Part shown: one piece after another, positions 24,432 through 36,338 of the stretch
Layout: the number at the start of each line of letters is the position of its first letter
Position numbering within the stretch: the stretch's first letter is position 1
DNA from: Octopus bimaculoides
Lineage: Eukaryota
NCBI RefSeq assembly: GCF_001194135.2
Contig: NC_069003.1
Span: forward strand, 32,943,327 to 33,007,326
Length of the DNA stretch: 64,000 nucleotides
Reading direction: 5' to 3'
Made by a program: the position numbers and the translations under genes
Notes under the pieces: model-generated
What the model saw: only the letters and a program-made list of their open reading frames with translations
Told to the model about the DNA's origin: nothing
The model's database searches: none

Positions 24432-25641
24432 NNNNNNNNNNNNNNNNNNNNNNNNNNNNNNNNNNNNNNNNNNNNNNNNNNNNNNNNNNNNNNNNNNNNN
24501 NNNNNNNNNNNNNNNNNNNNNNNNNNNNNNNNNNNNNNNNNNNNNNNNNNNNNNNNNNNNNNNNNNNNNNNNNNNNNNNNNNNNNNNNNNNNNNNNNNNN
24601 NNNNNNNNNNNNNNNNNNNNNNNNNNNNNNNNNNNNNNNNNNNNNNNNNNNNNNNNNNNNNNNNNNNNNNNNNNNNNNNNNNNNNNNNNNNNNNNNNNNN
24701 NNNNNNNNNNNNNNNNNNNNNNNNNNNNNNNNNNNNNNNNNNNNNNNNNNNNNNNNNNNNNNNNNNNNNNNNNNNNNNNNNNNNNNNNNNNNNNNNNNNN
24801 NNNNNNNNNNNNNNNNNNNNNNNNNNNNNNNNNNNNNNNNNNNNNNNNNNNNNNNNNNNNNNNNNNNNNNNNNNNNNNNNNNNNNNNNNNNNNNNNNNNN
24901 NNNNNNNNNNNNNNNNNNNNNNNNNNNNNNNNNNNNNNNNNNNNNNNNNNNNNNNNNNNNNNNNNNNNNNNNNNNNNNNNNNNNNNNNNNNNNNNNNNNN
25001 NNNNNNNNNNNNNNNNNNNNGCCAATGCCCATACTGGTGGCACATAAAAAGCACCATTTGAGTGTGGCCGATGCCAGTTCTGCCTGAATGGCACTCGTGC
25101 CAGTGACATGTAGAAAACACCATTTGAGTGTGGCCAATGCCAGTACTGCCTGACTGGCTCCCATACTGGTGGTACATAAAAGCATCCGCTACACTCTCAG
25201 AGTGATTGGTGTTAGGAAGGGCATCCAACTGTAGAAACCTTGCCAGATCAGATTGGTGCCTGCTGCAGCCTCCTGGCTTGCCAGTTCTCAGTCAAACCGT
25301 CCAACCCATGCCAGCATGGAAAGCGGAGGTTAAACAACAATAAACAATGATGAGTGAACTCAAGGACACAAGGACACAAGGCACTGCAGGGTATCAAATT
25401 CACATCCTTACAATCTTGAGTTGAAAACCCTAACCACTGAGCCATAAGCCTCCATGGAGTCCACCCATAGTGACAAACCTTATTGTTTGATACTACTGCA
25501 ATATGGCTGATGGTTGGGGGGTTTTTTTTTTTTTTTTGTGGAACTTAGAAAATTTTGTCATGGACTCTCCATTTGAGAACTACAGTCCTGGAGGCATAAA
25601 AGACTCTGAATAAAACAAACAATTCTAGGATAATTACAAAC

Positions 25642-25740
25642 CTTATCTTGGACGTTTATTTCTGAACCATTTTCCATCAAAATATCGATAATTTCAGTGT
25701 GACCTTTCATGGCAGCATGATGTAACGGAAGATTGCCACG
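25642..25740 (-). CDS. Ankyrin-repeat protein, coding exon 3 (RGNLPLHHAAMKGHTEIIDILMENGSEINVQDK)
   Basis: ttttctctag| acceptor, |gtttgt donor, 99 nt, classic ankyrin repeat. Confidence 0.93.
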
Positions 25741-25855
25741 CTAGAGAAAATGAAAAAGAAAAACACAATTAAATATTTCCTTTCTATTATATGCTCATAT
25801 ATCCAATTGAACAAAGTTTATTTTAAACAAAAACATGACTATTTTAAAACACCAG

Positions 25856-25939
<84 letters not shown>

Positions 25940-26413
25940 GTGATGTAGTCTATTGTCCTCCATTTAAAAAATACCACTAAATTTTAATCATTTAGTTATG
26001 GAAATTACCAGTCAACAATTGGCAAAATCCTCTTTGTATATATATCATTTAGTCATTTTATTGTAAATGTTTTTTTAAACTAACTTTTCTTTAAGCAATT
26101 CTTTAACTACAACCATCCCATCACAGCATAGCCATCTCATTTCACATATATGCTTGATGTCTTGTCAGATCCAGATGATGAGAACAAAGTCTAAAACAGG
26201 AAATAACTAAGAATGTTTCCAAACAGGTGTTTTTAGTATTGCTGTTTTTTTTGTAATATAAAGTAATAAAAAACCAAACAAATGGTTGGAGATTCAGAAT
26301 GTGCTAGTCCCTCGGAGTTTAACGAGGCCAAATTTAAGCAGTCTAACCTGTACAAGCATTTATCTCACTCCACTATTTTCTCATTTCTATAAAGTTTTAT
26401 CTGGAAAACTTAC

Positions 26414-26509
26414 ATTGTCTTTTACATTAACTTTGCTACCAGCTTCCAGCAACATGTTCACAATTTCTATTTTCCCTTGAGACGCCACATGGATAGGACA
26501 GCAGTCATG
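26414..26509 (-). CDS. Ankyrin-repeat protein, coding exon 2 (HDCCPIHVASQGKIEIVNMLLEAGSKVNVKDN)
   Basis: ttaatttcag| acceptor, |gtaagt donor, phase 0/0, 96 nt, ankyrin consensus. Confidence 0.93.
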
Positions 26510-26779
26510 CTGAAATTAAAAAAATAAAATAGAAAAAGAAAAGAACTTATTATTTCACATTTATTTAACCATTTAGCATTTAAACCAGCCATATCTGGTC
26601 CAAATATTCTACTTGTTTTATGATAAAAGATCCAACTTCTCACACCTACCCTACAATGTCATACTAAAAATACACAAGCACACAACTGAAACTACAAGGT
26701 AATGTGTGATTAATTCAAAACAATGTGAATAAATGAGCAATAAACTGGACAAAGAAACCTGAATACTAAAGAGTTAAAT

Positions 26780-27036
26780 CAATGATTCTCAACCATTCCC
26801 TACCTATGAACCCCTTTGATTCCTATTTTATTTGGGTGGGCCCCTTCTAGCCATTTCATGTTTAAAAATATCCCTTTTATATTTTTTAATCAAATATTAT
26901 TAGGAATCTTATAAAAAAAAATGGTTGAAATATTTTGTGTATTGTAGAAGTTTGACCAATTTATTGTGCATAAATTTTAACAGCGAAATCTTATGTGGAC
27001 CCCTAAGAATGATATGGACTCCAGTTGAGAACCACT
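26780..27036. mobile_element. hAT (Charlie-like) MITE; related partial copies at ~240-428 and ~35195-35360
   Basis: Ends CAATGATTCTCAAC / GTTGAGAACCACTG. Confidence 0.7.
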
Positions 27037-27078
27037 GATTTAAACCAGTGATTTCCAAAGCAAATTCAAAGCAACTAT

Positions 27079-27127
<49 letters not shown>

Positions 27128-27444
27128 CTTGTCTTTGAGTCTGTGTTTGTCCCCCATCACCACTTCACAACTAGTGTTGGTGTGTCTCCATAACTTAGCG
27201 TTTCGGCAAATAAGTATCAGGTTATAAAGAAAAATAAGGTACTAGGGTCAATTCATTTGACTAAAATTCTTTAAGGCGGTGCTCCAGTATGGCCACAGTC
27301 TAATGACTGAAACAAGTAAAAGATAAAAGATATCTCATATGGACGCCAGGGAAATATGTCCTGTTCATCACAAGTGAGAAAGACACAGGAAAGACAAAGG
27401 GTTGAGACATACAGCTAACTCTCACCTTTTGACCTCATAGCTAC

Positions 27445-27815
27445 ATCATCATCATCATCATCATCGTTTAACGTCCGCTTTCCATGCTAGCATGGGTTGG
27501 ACGATTTGACTGAGGACTGGTGAAACCGGATGGCAACACCAGGCTCCAATCTAAATTTGGCAGAGTTTCTACAGCTGGATGCCCTTCCTAACGCCAACCA
27601 CTCAGAGAGTGTAGTAGGTGCTTTTACGTGTCACCAGCACGAAGGCCAGTCAGGCGATACTGGCAACGGCCACGCTCGAAATGGTGTCTTTTATGTGCCA
27701 CCCACACAAGCCAGTCCAGGGGCACTGGCAACGATCTCGCTCGAAAATCCTACGGAAGCCAGTCAGGCAGTACTGGCAACGGCCACGCTCAAAATGGTGC
27801 ATCTTATGTGCCACC
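27445..27815 (-). mobile_element. Family A SINE-like element, young copy, inverted relative to 30285-30697 and 25021-25345
   Basis: Begins with (CAT)n; near-identical reverse complement of 30327-30690. Confidence 0.9.
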
Positions 27816-27845
27816 TCAATTATTTTTTATCCATTAAAATTCCAC

Positions 27846-27880
<35 letters not shown>

Positions 27881-29029
27881 CATACACACACACAAATACA
27901 TGGTGCCCTGAGGAAATGATTTCACACCTGATTTCTAAAAATAAAATCATTTACAATTTGCTTCTAATTCATCATACACACCTGGCTTAGCAATATCACA
28001 AGACACACACACACATACACATCCATCTACCTTCACACACAAACACACACATAAACACTGAATGAATATAAAAGCCAAATAAATCCAAGGGAAACCAAGG
28101 AAGCTATAAACAAACAATCCTACTTTGCCCCCCCCCCTCCCCACCAACACCTAGTAGAAAACTTCCCAACACATACATGCCATCTTTGAATACTATATAA
28201 CCTCTTATATAAAATCATTGGCCACATTGAGATAGTGAACTGTCCCCAGCACCTCACACCTCAGGATGATCCCAGGATTGAAAATCTGCCCTTCATTTAT
28301 TCTTGAACATCCACCATTGGGATCAGGTCTGGATGAGGATTTCCAACCCATGCCAGCATGGAAAGTGAACGTTAAACGATAATGATGATGATGATGATGA
28401 TGATATCAGCTTTCTGTGTTCAAAGGATTAAAATGAACTCAAAAATCATTATACAGGGGAATTCAACGATTTCAGTTATTGTGAGGCATGAAAAATCCCT
28501 TATTTAATGGTTTGCCCTTCAAATGAGAGTGCAGGAGGGATGGAAAAAGTGGTGCTGTTGCTTGGGCTGTAGATGAATGTATACTTATGCCACAGCCCAG
28601 GAGGTAACACCACTTTCTCTTCTCTGCTCACAGCAAGTGAACTTATTAAACTTTCTTAAGACAAATTGTTTTCCATTTGAATAATTATAGCCAAAGCACA
28701 TCACTGCAACTTTCTTTGGATTCCCAATCTTCCAATGAATTACGTATTAATTACATATTAATTAGCAATCTTCCAACTAGAGTAATTGCATCCTGCTATG
28801 TAAAATTACTGTCTTATAATTGCAAATGAAGACCATAGGATGAAAAGCCAATGTTTACATCTCTATTTATAGTTTTCATGTACAACTTATTAATGAATGG
28901 TTGAAAAGTGGAATGCAAGTCTTGATTAATTCAAAATAACATGAATAAATAATCATTACATTTGATAGAATAATCTGAATGCTAAAAGGTTAAAAGAACA
29001 ACAATGTGAACAGACAGGATCAAACTTAC

Positions 29030-29149
29030 CGTATATGACACCCAGTTTACATCAACAGAACCTTCCTCCAAGAATTTCCTTACTTCTGAAATACGACCGT
29101 AACCACATGATTCCCAAAATTTCTCTTGTCTGCTGACTGCTTGACCCAT
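29030..29149 (-). CDS. Ankyrin-repeat protein, coding exon 1 (MGQAVSRQEKFWESCGYGRISEVRKFLEEGSVDVNWVSYT)
   Basis: ATG at 29149, 120 nt, donor ACG|gtaagt. An acceptor (tttgtttag|) at 29169-29170 leaves a 19-nt 5'UTR, implying an upstream non-coding exon. Confidence 0.9.
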
Positions 29150-30284
29150 GTTTGTGTTTGTTAATCACCTAAACAAAGATGTATTATTTTGAGAATAACA
29201 TTCAAAATACCTCAAGATAGTGAATTAAAACAATAAACTCTTTCATCAGTTCCATAGTATAACTGACAGATAAGGCAACAAGCAAGACTCAAGCTAGAAA
29301 TAGTAGTCAAATTTTTGTTAAATCACATTTAACTCTTTTAAGAAAGAGGTTTTACATTATATACAATATATTTTCTGGCATACAAACTGAATTTTTTATA
29401 ACAAAATTTACAACCAAAAAGAAGTTGGAACTGCAAGGTATGGCCCTGCAGTAGATAGAGATATGACATATCTTGGAACAATGAATTTGTATAAACTACA
29501 GAGTGAGAGAGAAAATGCCATCTGGAGTTTGTACAATAAGTACTTGGTTATTGTACAAAACTACATACATTCTATAATCTTTTTGACCAAGACTGACTTC
29601 GAACAAAACAAAAAGATGGTTCTCCATTAAGCAGAGTTATGGAACATCTTGGAACAACACATCTGTGGATAATAACTAGTTTTTCTACTGACTGACTGAT
29701 GCAGATCTGCAAGAAATAGTAGCCAAAAATACCCCCATATCAGACCCTACTGAGTTAAATAAAAACAGGCAGGATACATTACATATTGAAGTCTTCAGAC
29801 ACCCTTAATCCCCAAAAGGGCAGGATAGTCACACTGGAATGCACCTTAATCAATCAGAACTGACCTGATGCTAAACAACAAGAAAAGGAAGACTCCCTTC
29901 AATCATGAATGACCATGGAATTGCAGTTAGAAAGTTCCCCCACTGGGTACGAGTCCGGGCAAATTTGTTTTAAGGAAGACCAGCAGTTGCCAATGCATAC
30001 TAGCACCCCACCTCTCTCCATGCCATCGATGTTGTCCAAGGGAAAGACAAAGGCCGATACAAAAGATGAATGAACTGGAGCAACGTGACATAAAGTGTCT
30101 TGCTCAAGAACACAACAACCACCAGAAAAAGACTGGACAGTGAAGAGGATATCACATGTCGAAATCGTCACATTGTACATGCTCACCTGTGATATTACAT
30201 TACACAATGTGTATGTAATATTGTTCTCAGCAAGGTGACAGCATGATATATATCTAGATGTGCGTGAGAAGACCCGGCAAGCCA

Positions 30285-30697
30285 AGTGAGATCGTTGCCA
30301 GGGCCCCTGGACTGGCTCTTGTGCGGGTGGCACATAAGATGCACCATTTTGAGCGTGGCCGTTGTCAGTACCGCCTGACTGCCCTTCGTAGGATTTTCGA
30401 GCGAGACCATTGCCAGTGCCCCTGGACTGGCTCTTGTGCAGGTGGCACATAAAAGACACCATTTCGAGCGTGGCCGTTGCCAGTACCGCCTGACTGGCCT
30501 TCGTGTGGGTGACACGTAAAAGCACCCACTACACTCTCTGAGTGGTTGGCGTTAGGAAGGGCATCCAGCTGTAGAAACTCTGCCAAATTAGATTGGAGCC
30601 TGGTGTTGCCATCCGGTTTCACCAGTCCTCAGTCAAATCGTCCAACCCATGCTAGCATGGAAAGCGGACGTTAAACGATGATGATGATGATGATGAT
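30285..30697 (+). mobile_element. SINE-like element with RTE-type 3' tail and (GAT)n end (family A); other copies at ~11713-11950, 16100-16340, 18030-18270, 21590-21800, 25021-25345, 44860-45030, 56100-56225
   Basis: Shared GGTTGGCGTTAGGAAGGGCATCCAGCTGTAGAAAC core and CCCATGCTAGCATGGAAAGCGGACGTTAAACGATGATG tail. Confidence 0.85.
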
Positions 30698-31861
30698 AAC
30701 ACCTGTGGGTCACACATAAGGCTATACAACAATCGCTCTAAGTGTCAGGTCATTCCTTACCTTGCCCTATACTGGGTGCATTGGCAACAAGGAAGAGCAT
30801 CCAGCCAAAGAAACAAAGCTCAAAATATAACACATAAGCAAGACGTAGCCCCTGGCTCAAGCATGATAAGTGCCCCTTTAACATGTGGTCTAACCCTAAC
30901 CCTAACCCCTAATCCTACTCCTAAACCCTAAGTCGCCCTAATTGAACAAACCTATGATAAAAAGCACTCTATCCTTGGCCAATTAGTCTTTCAAAGGCTA
31001 CATCATCAAATATGTCCATCATATTTTTAAAAGTAGTACGGTGCAAATAGAAGAAAATTTTGCTGTTATTTCTAGCAAGTTGAGTGGACATGCACAGGTT
31101 CCCTTGCTGTATAGATACATACACACCCAACCACCAACACACACACACACCATCATCATTATCATAATCATCAACTGAATGTAAAAAGAGATATAAGGAT
31201 AAAATATCTTTTTTTACAAAAAAGGGTCACCTTATATTCGAGATCCCATTGTAGTCCAGTAAATAATGGTATACAGGTACTGCCAAATGAAATGGAATTC
31301 TTAAAAATGAAAGTAATGGTTTTAACACAATCACATCAATTATGCAAAGCACTAGAAAATCACAATACATTAATTAAAACATTCCATTTTTAATTACACT
31401 TTACAGTATTGCCTATTGCCTTTATATGAATTCATGAATACCAACAGGACACATTCTTCTTGGTAAAATAGTTTTATGAGCAGTATGTAAGAAACATTAA
31501 ACTTAAAACAAATCAATACTGAAAAAAAATCTGGAAATTAATTAGCTATCAGCTTAATTAACAATATAAGCAGCTGTAATAATTAGTGATCATTTGCATA
31601 CTCTGGTTGGTTAGTCGGTTAGTTATGTGTTTTGAATGGTGTAAAAGTAATAGGGGTAACAGAAGCAACTTGAGTTATATTTGCTGGTTCAGAATGTTTT
31701 CGTGTTCAAATGTCCCTGCTTTCGAGGGGGGGGGGGGAAATAATAATACAAATAACAAAGAAAGGGGTTTGACTTAATTCAAAAAGCAAGACCTCGCATC
31801 AACTACATTTTAAAATACTAATGAAAATTCCATAAGTGCAAGCTAACAATGAGTGGTAGAA

Positions 31862-32084
31862 TTAGCCCTTTGGCATTTAAACGGATCATATCCGGCCCAA
31901 ATATTCTGAATGTTCTAGAAAGTTCAAACCAGTCAGATCTGGCCTTTTATACCTACCCTACAATGTCATTCTGAAAATAACCAATCACATCACTGAAATC
32001 TTGAAGTTATGAGATAATCCATGATCAATTCAAAACAATGCGAATAAGTTAGCATTACATCTAATCTGAATGCTAAAGGGTTAA
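31862..32084. mobile_element. piggyBac-type (TTAA) MITE; further copies at ~26573-26775, 32880-33117, 47281-47500, 54185-54412, 63060-63160
   Basis: Ends TTAGCCCTTTGGCATT...ATGCTAAAGGGTTAA, with a shared ~220-bp internal sequence across copies. Confidence 0.8.
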
Positions 32085-32373
32085 TCTGTCACTGGCTTTA
32101 TCGCCTTCATCACAAGGCTTTGTTGACACAATAGAAACAATTGTTGGCTTTGTATGGTGAATTCTACAATTAAAGATGCGATTTTCTCTATACGTATTTT
32201 TGTAATTTATCTATCTACCTATCTATTTTTTTCTTTTCACGATCCCTTTTGATCGAGACTCTACCCCCNNNNNNNNNNNNNNNNNNNNNNNNNNNNNNNN
32301 NNNNNNNNNNNNNNNNNNNNNNNNNNNNNNNNNNNNNNNNNNNNNNNNNNNNNNNNNNNNNNNNNNNNAAAGT

Positions 32374-32405
<32 letters not shown>

Positions 32406-35400
32406 GGAAGAGAGAGAAATGATCAGAGTTAAGTTCTATGGAAAGCAGTGGAGTCAAATTTGGTATTGAAGAAGATGGCTTTCTTTAGTTGGAGTATAGT
32501 TATGCAGAATTAATAGCGGAAAGGAGTGTAAGGTGTATGTGTGTGGGTAGCTGGGTGGTGGTGGTGGTGGTGGTGGTGGTGGGGAAATAAGAAAGAAAAC
32601 AATTTATTGAAAAAGTTGGCAAGTGTTCAGAATATACAGCTGTATGTAGTTTATGAAAGAAATGAGAAGTATTGGTCAAGAGTTACATGAAAACATGCTT
32701 TGCATTTTTTGGTAAAAAGTTTACAGCTAGTAAATAAAGGAAAAAAAACTCCAAAAACTATCGTATTTACTTGTGTATAAGTCGCACCTCTAATTTAGTG
32801 TTGAATCTAGGTGCAAAATTTTCTCCTTTCATAGTTTTAGCTTTGCCCCATGTGTAAGTCGCACACCAGTTCTTGCAGTTTAAAATCAAGTATAATTCTT
32901 TTGTATTTAAACCGACCATATCTGGCTCAAATATTCTACATTGTTTTATGTCCAAACGATCCAGATCTGGCCTCTCACACACACCCGACAATGTCATTCA
33001 AAAATAAGCAAGCACATCACTGAAATCTCAAAGCTATCAGATGATGTGTGATTAATTCAAAATAATGGCAATAAGTAAGTATGGTATATGACACAGTAGA
33101 ATAATCTGATTGCTAAAGTGGTGACAATAATGTGGTTTATACATGAGAGAACACACTAACTGAAAATCACTAGTTGCTGTGTCTTCAAAGATATTAAGTC
33201 TTTTATTCACATAACAATTTTTTTGTAAATTATAAATTGCTACTTAGTAGAAGCTGTTTGGGGTAACTTTATAAGATAATAGTAAAATATTGATACAAAA
33301 TATGTATTTTTAACTTATCAAAAAAAGGTACAATTTGTATGCATTTATTTACTATCATGGTAAGAAGATAGTGTGAGAGTAGGAAGATGTTAAATGACAA
33401 ATAGAAAGTGAGTGATAGTCAAAGTAAAATGAAAGTGAGCAGAAGGATGAGTATTTATCATATTACCTCCACAGGTAAACAATAAAGAGTGAGTGAAAAG
33501 GTACAATCCACATTTGTATTTATTTATTGTCATGGTAGGGAGAAGGCATGAAAGTAAGAGAACATCAAATGACAAATAGAAAGTTGGCAAGTGATTGAGT
33601 GAGTGTGTGACAGTAAAAGTAAAATGAAAGTGTGTAGCAGGATGAGGTGTATGTCATGCTGCCTTAACAAGGCAAAGAAGAAAAGAGTGAGTGAGAGAAT
33701 TAAAATGAGAGTGGGTTAGAGTAAGAGGTATTATAGCAGTGTTCGTTCCATTCTAAGTTTGCCTATGACAACACTAGCACCAAGTTGTATCAATCAATAC
33801 TTTCCCCTGGACAACATCAATGGCATGGAAAAATAAGACTTGCAGAATGGGCAACTGATAACCTTCTTGAAAAATACCTTCACAAGACCTGCATCCTGGA
33901 GAGCAACATTCCAAGTACAAATTCATGAATACCACAGGGCTTGGAGTCCTGAATGTATAGAGTGTGAATAAAAGCATGGGATTGTTTATTAGGTATTTAG
34001 AGGGATAGAATAAGTTCCAGGCATAAAAAAAAAAAAAGAAATACTGGGGTCAATTTAGCTAAAAATTCAAGCCGGTTCCCTAGCATGACAGCACTCTAAT
34101 GACTGGAACAAGTAAAAGGTAATAGGCTTCTCAGGGTTAATCCCCATAATGACCTCGTGTGACACCATCTAATCCTCAAATTTTTATCATCTTATCAACC
34201 ATCATTAATTGCTACATCACTATTTGATCTCTTCTTTATTGTTGACCTTCCCCATAGAGGATAGATTCTCAGACTCTCTCTCTCTCTCGTTACTCTGCTT
34301 TATTCCTATTTCCGGTTCAGTAACTTCCTGTACAAGTAGTTCTTGACATTAACAGTTAATTCATTCCTAATTTTCGCTCATTAATCAACAACTTTGTACA
34401 GCAGCAAAGGGAAGCAGTTAACGTTCACGTGTTGATTACAGAATGGCATGTTTGAACTGAAGCAAATACAATATACAGAACAAAGGAAGCTGGAAGTTGT
34501 AGAGACTCTTGCCAACATAATTTCACCTGAGGCTCAGCTAGCTGACAGGTGCATTCATCCACTTGGACATCGTTTTTTGGCAACATGCGCTGAATTATGC
34601 ACAAATGTTCTAAAATTTATAAAACGTGATTTTTTTTTTTCCCCCACTTTTGGTACAGAAAATATTTGAGACGTAAACTAATAAATCAGAAGCTCAGAAA
34701 AGGCTGCCGTACTTCTATATATATATTTTTTCTTTTCATTGCAGCAGAAAAGTAGGTTTTTTTTTTTTTACCCGTTTTAATCAACAAAACAAAACAAGTC
34801 ATGCTAAAACACTGCCTTGAGGGGTTTAGTCATTTTGTTTTTAAACCTGTTACTTATTCTAACGTTCTCTTTTTGCTAGAGCGCTAAGTTACAGGGATAT
34901 AAACAAACCAACACTTGTCAAGCAGTGGTGGGGAGCACAAATACACAACCATACGCGCGCGCACACGGCGGGTTTCGTTTTCACCCACCAAAGGCTTTGA
35001 CCGACATAGGAGTTTATAGAAGACACTTGCCTTAGGTACTATGCAGTGGGACTGAACCTGGATAGCCATGTCGTTGGGAGGCAAACGTGTTACCAAGCAA
35101 CCATGCCTGCGGCTATAGTATGTCTTATATTATTTTAGATACACCTTCACAGATTTCTTTCTTAACCCTCCACATACAGGCCATCACCTACACCAGCTGT
35201 TCTCAACTGAGGCCCTGAAGAATCCTTCCGGTGGCCCTGAACGGTCTTCCTGCTATAAATAAATGTTCCTTTAACTGATTTGTGTTTTAGTTTTATTTGG
35301 GGCAGAAAGAATATTTGTTTCAAATTTCGGTACAGGGTCAGCAAGTTCGAGGATAAGTTGACCATATCTACTCCAATGCTCAACTAGTCCTGTTTATTGA

Positions 35401-36043
35401 CCTCGAAAGAATGAAGTCCACTTCGGCGAAATTTGAACTCAGAACGTAAAGATGGATGGAGATGCAGTTCAGCATTTTACTCGGCATGCGAGCGATTCTA
35501 CCAGCTCACCGCTTTAATAAAAAAACTTGATAAACACTGAAAGGATATTAAATTTGAAACGTCCTTCTAATAAGCAAAAAGGAATAAGATATACACTTAA
35601 GTTGATATTTATAGTTAAGTGCCGCCTAACGTACTTAATACGTTACGTAGTTAACCCAAATAAATAACGACTAATGGAAATTACACCCGTAATAAAAAGA
35701 AGTCATTAGCACTAATGAATTTTTTCATTACAGGTGGAATTTCAATTACTTTAAAATTCTATTGGGCTCCTAAAGCTTCACTTAACTATATGTTCATGCA
35801 GAAGCTCTCACTGGGAAATTTTGAAACGACAGTCGTTTTTCTACTGCTTTGCCATATACACACACAAATAATTGTTTTGTAGGGAATGGGATTAGTTGAT
35901 ACCATTGAGTTCCATTCTCGATAGGTACTAAGTTTTATCGACCCAAAAGGGGTGGAAGACAATGTTGACCTTCACGGGATTTCAACTCAGAAGGTAAAGA
36001 GCCGGAAGATACACAGCAAGGCATTTTATCTGATGCTCTAGAC

Positions 36044-36338
36044 CAGGGGTTTTCAAACTGTGGTCCGCGGCCCACAGGGCGTCCGCAAGGACAAGACAAG
36101 GGGTCCGTGGACAGCAAATACTTTTTATGGGCAATTTGATTTTATATATGTTTTTTAATCGAAATCTTTTAATTGACAATAAACCTATCTGTTAAATACT
36201 GTTAAATAAATAAATGTAAAAATATGTTATTTTAAGCAAATATTTATGTATAAATTTCATAAGCGTTTATAAGGGGGTCCCTAAGGTAAAGCCTGAAATA
36301 TAAAGGGGTCCGCAAGTCAAAAAGTTTGAAAACCCCTG
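36044..36338. mobile_element. hAT (Charlie-like) MITE with perfect 8-bp TSD, nested inside a SINE
   Basis: TIRs CAGGGGTTTTCAAACT / AGTTTGAAAACCCCTG. TSD CTCTAGAC at 36036-36043 and 36339-36346. Confidence 0.92.

Noticed and set aside
29528-29559. 12-bp perfect AT-rich hairpin upstream of ankyrin coding exon 1
   Set aside because: It is too short and AT-rich to distinguish from background.
27530-30622. 100-200-aa ORFs over the family A repeats
   Set aside because: They are open frames of a non-coding SINE-like element and recur wherever the repeat occurs.
30890-30932. (CCCTAA)n as a true telomere or chromosome-fusion site
   Set aside because: It is very short, degenerate and single-orientation, consistent with an element-borne microsatellite.
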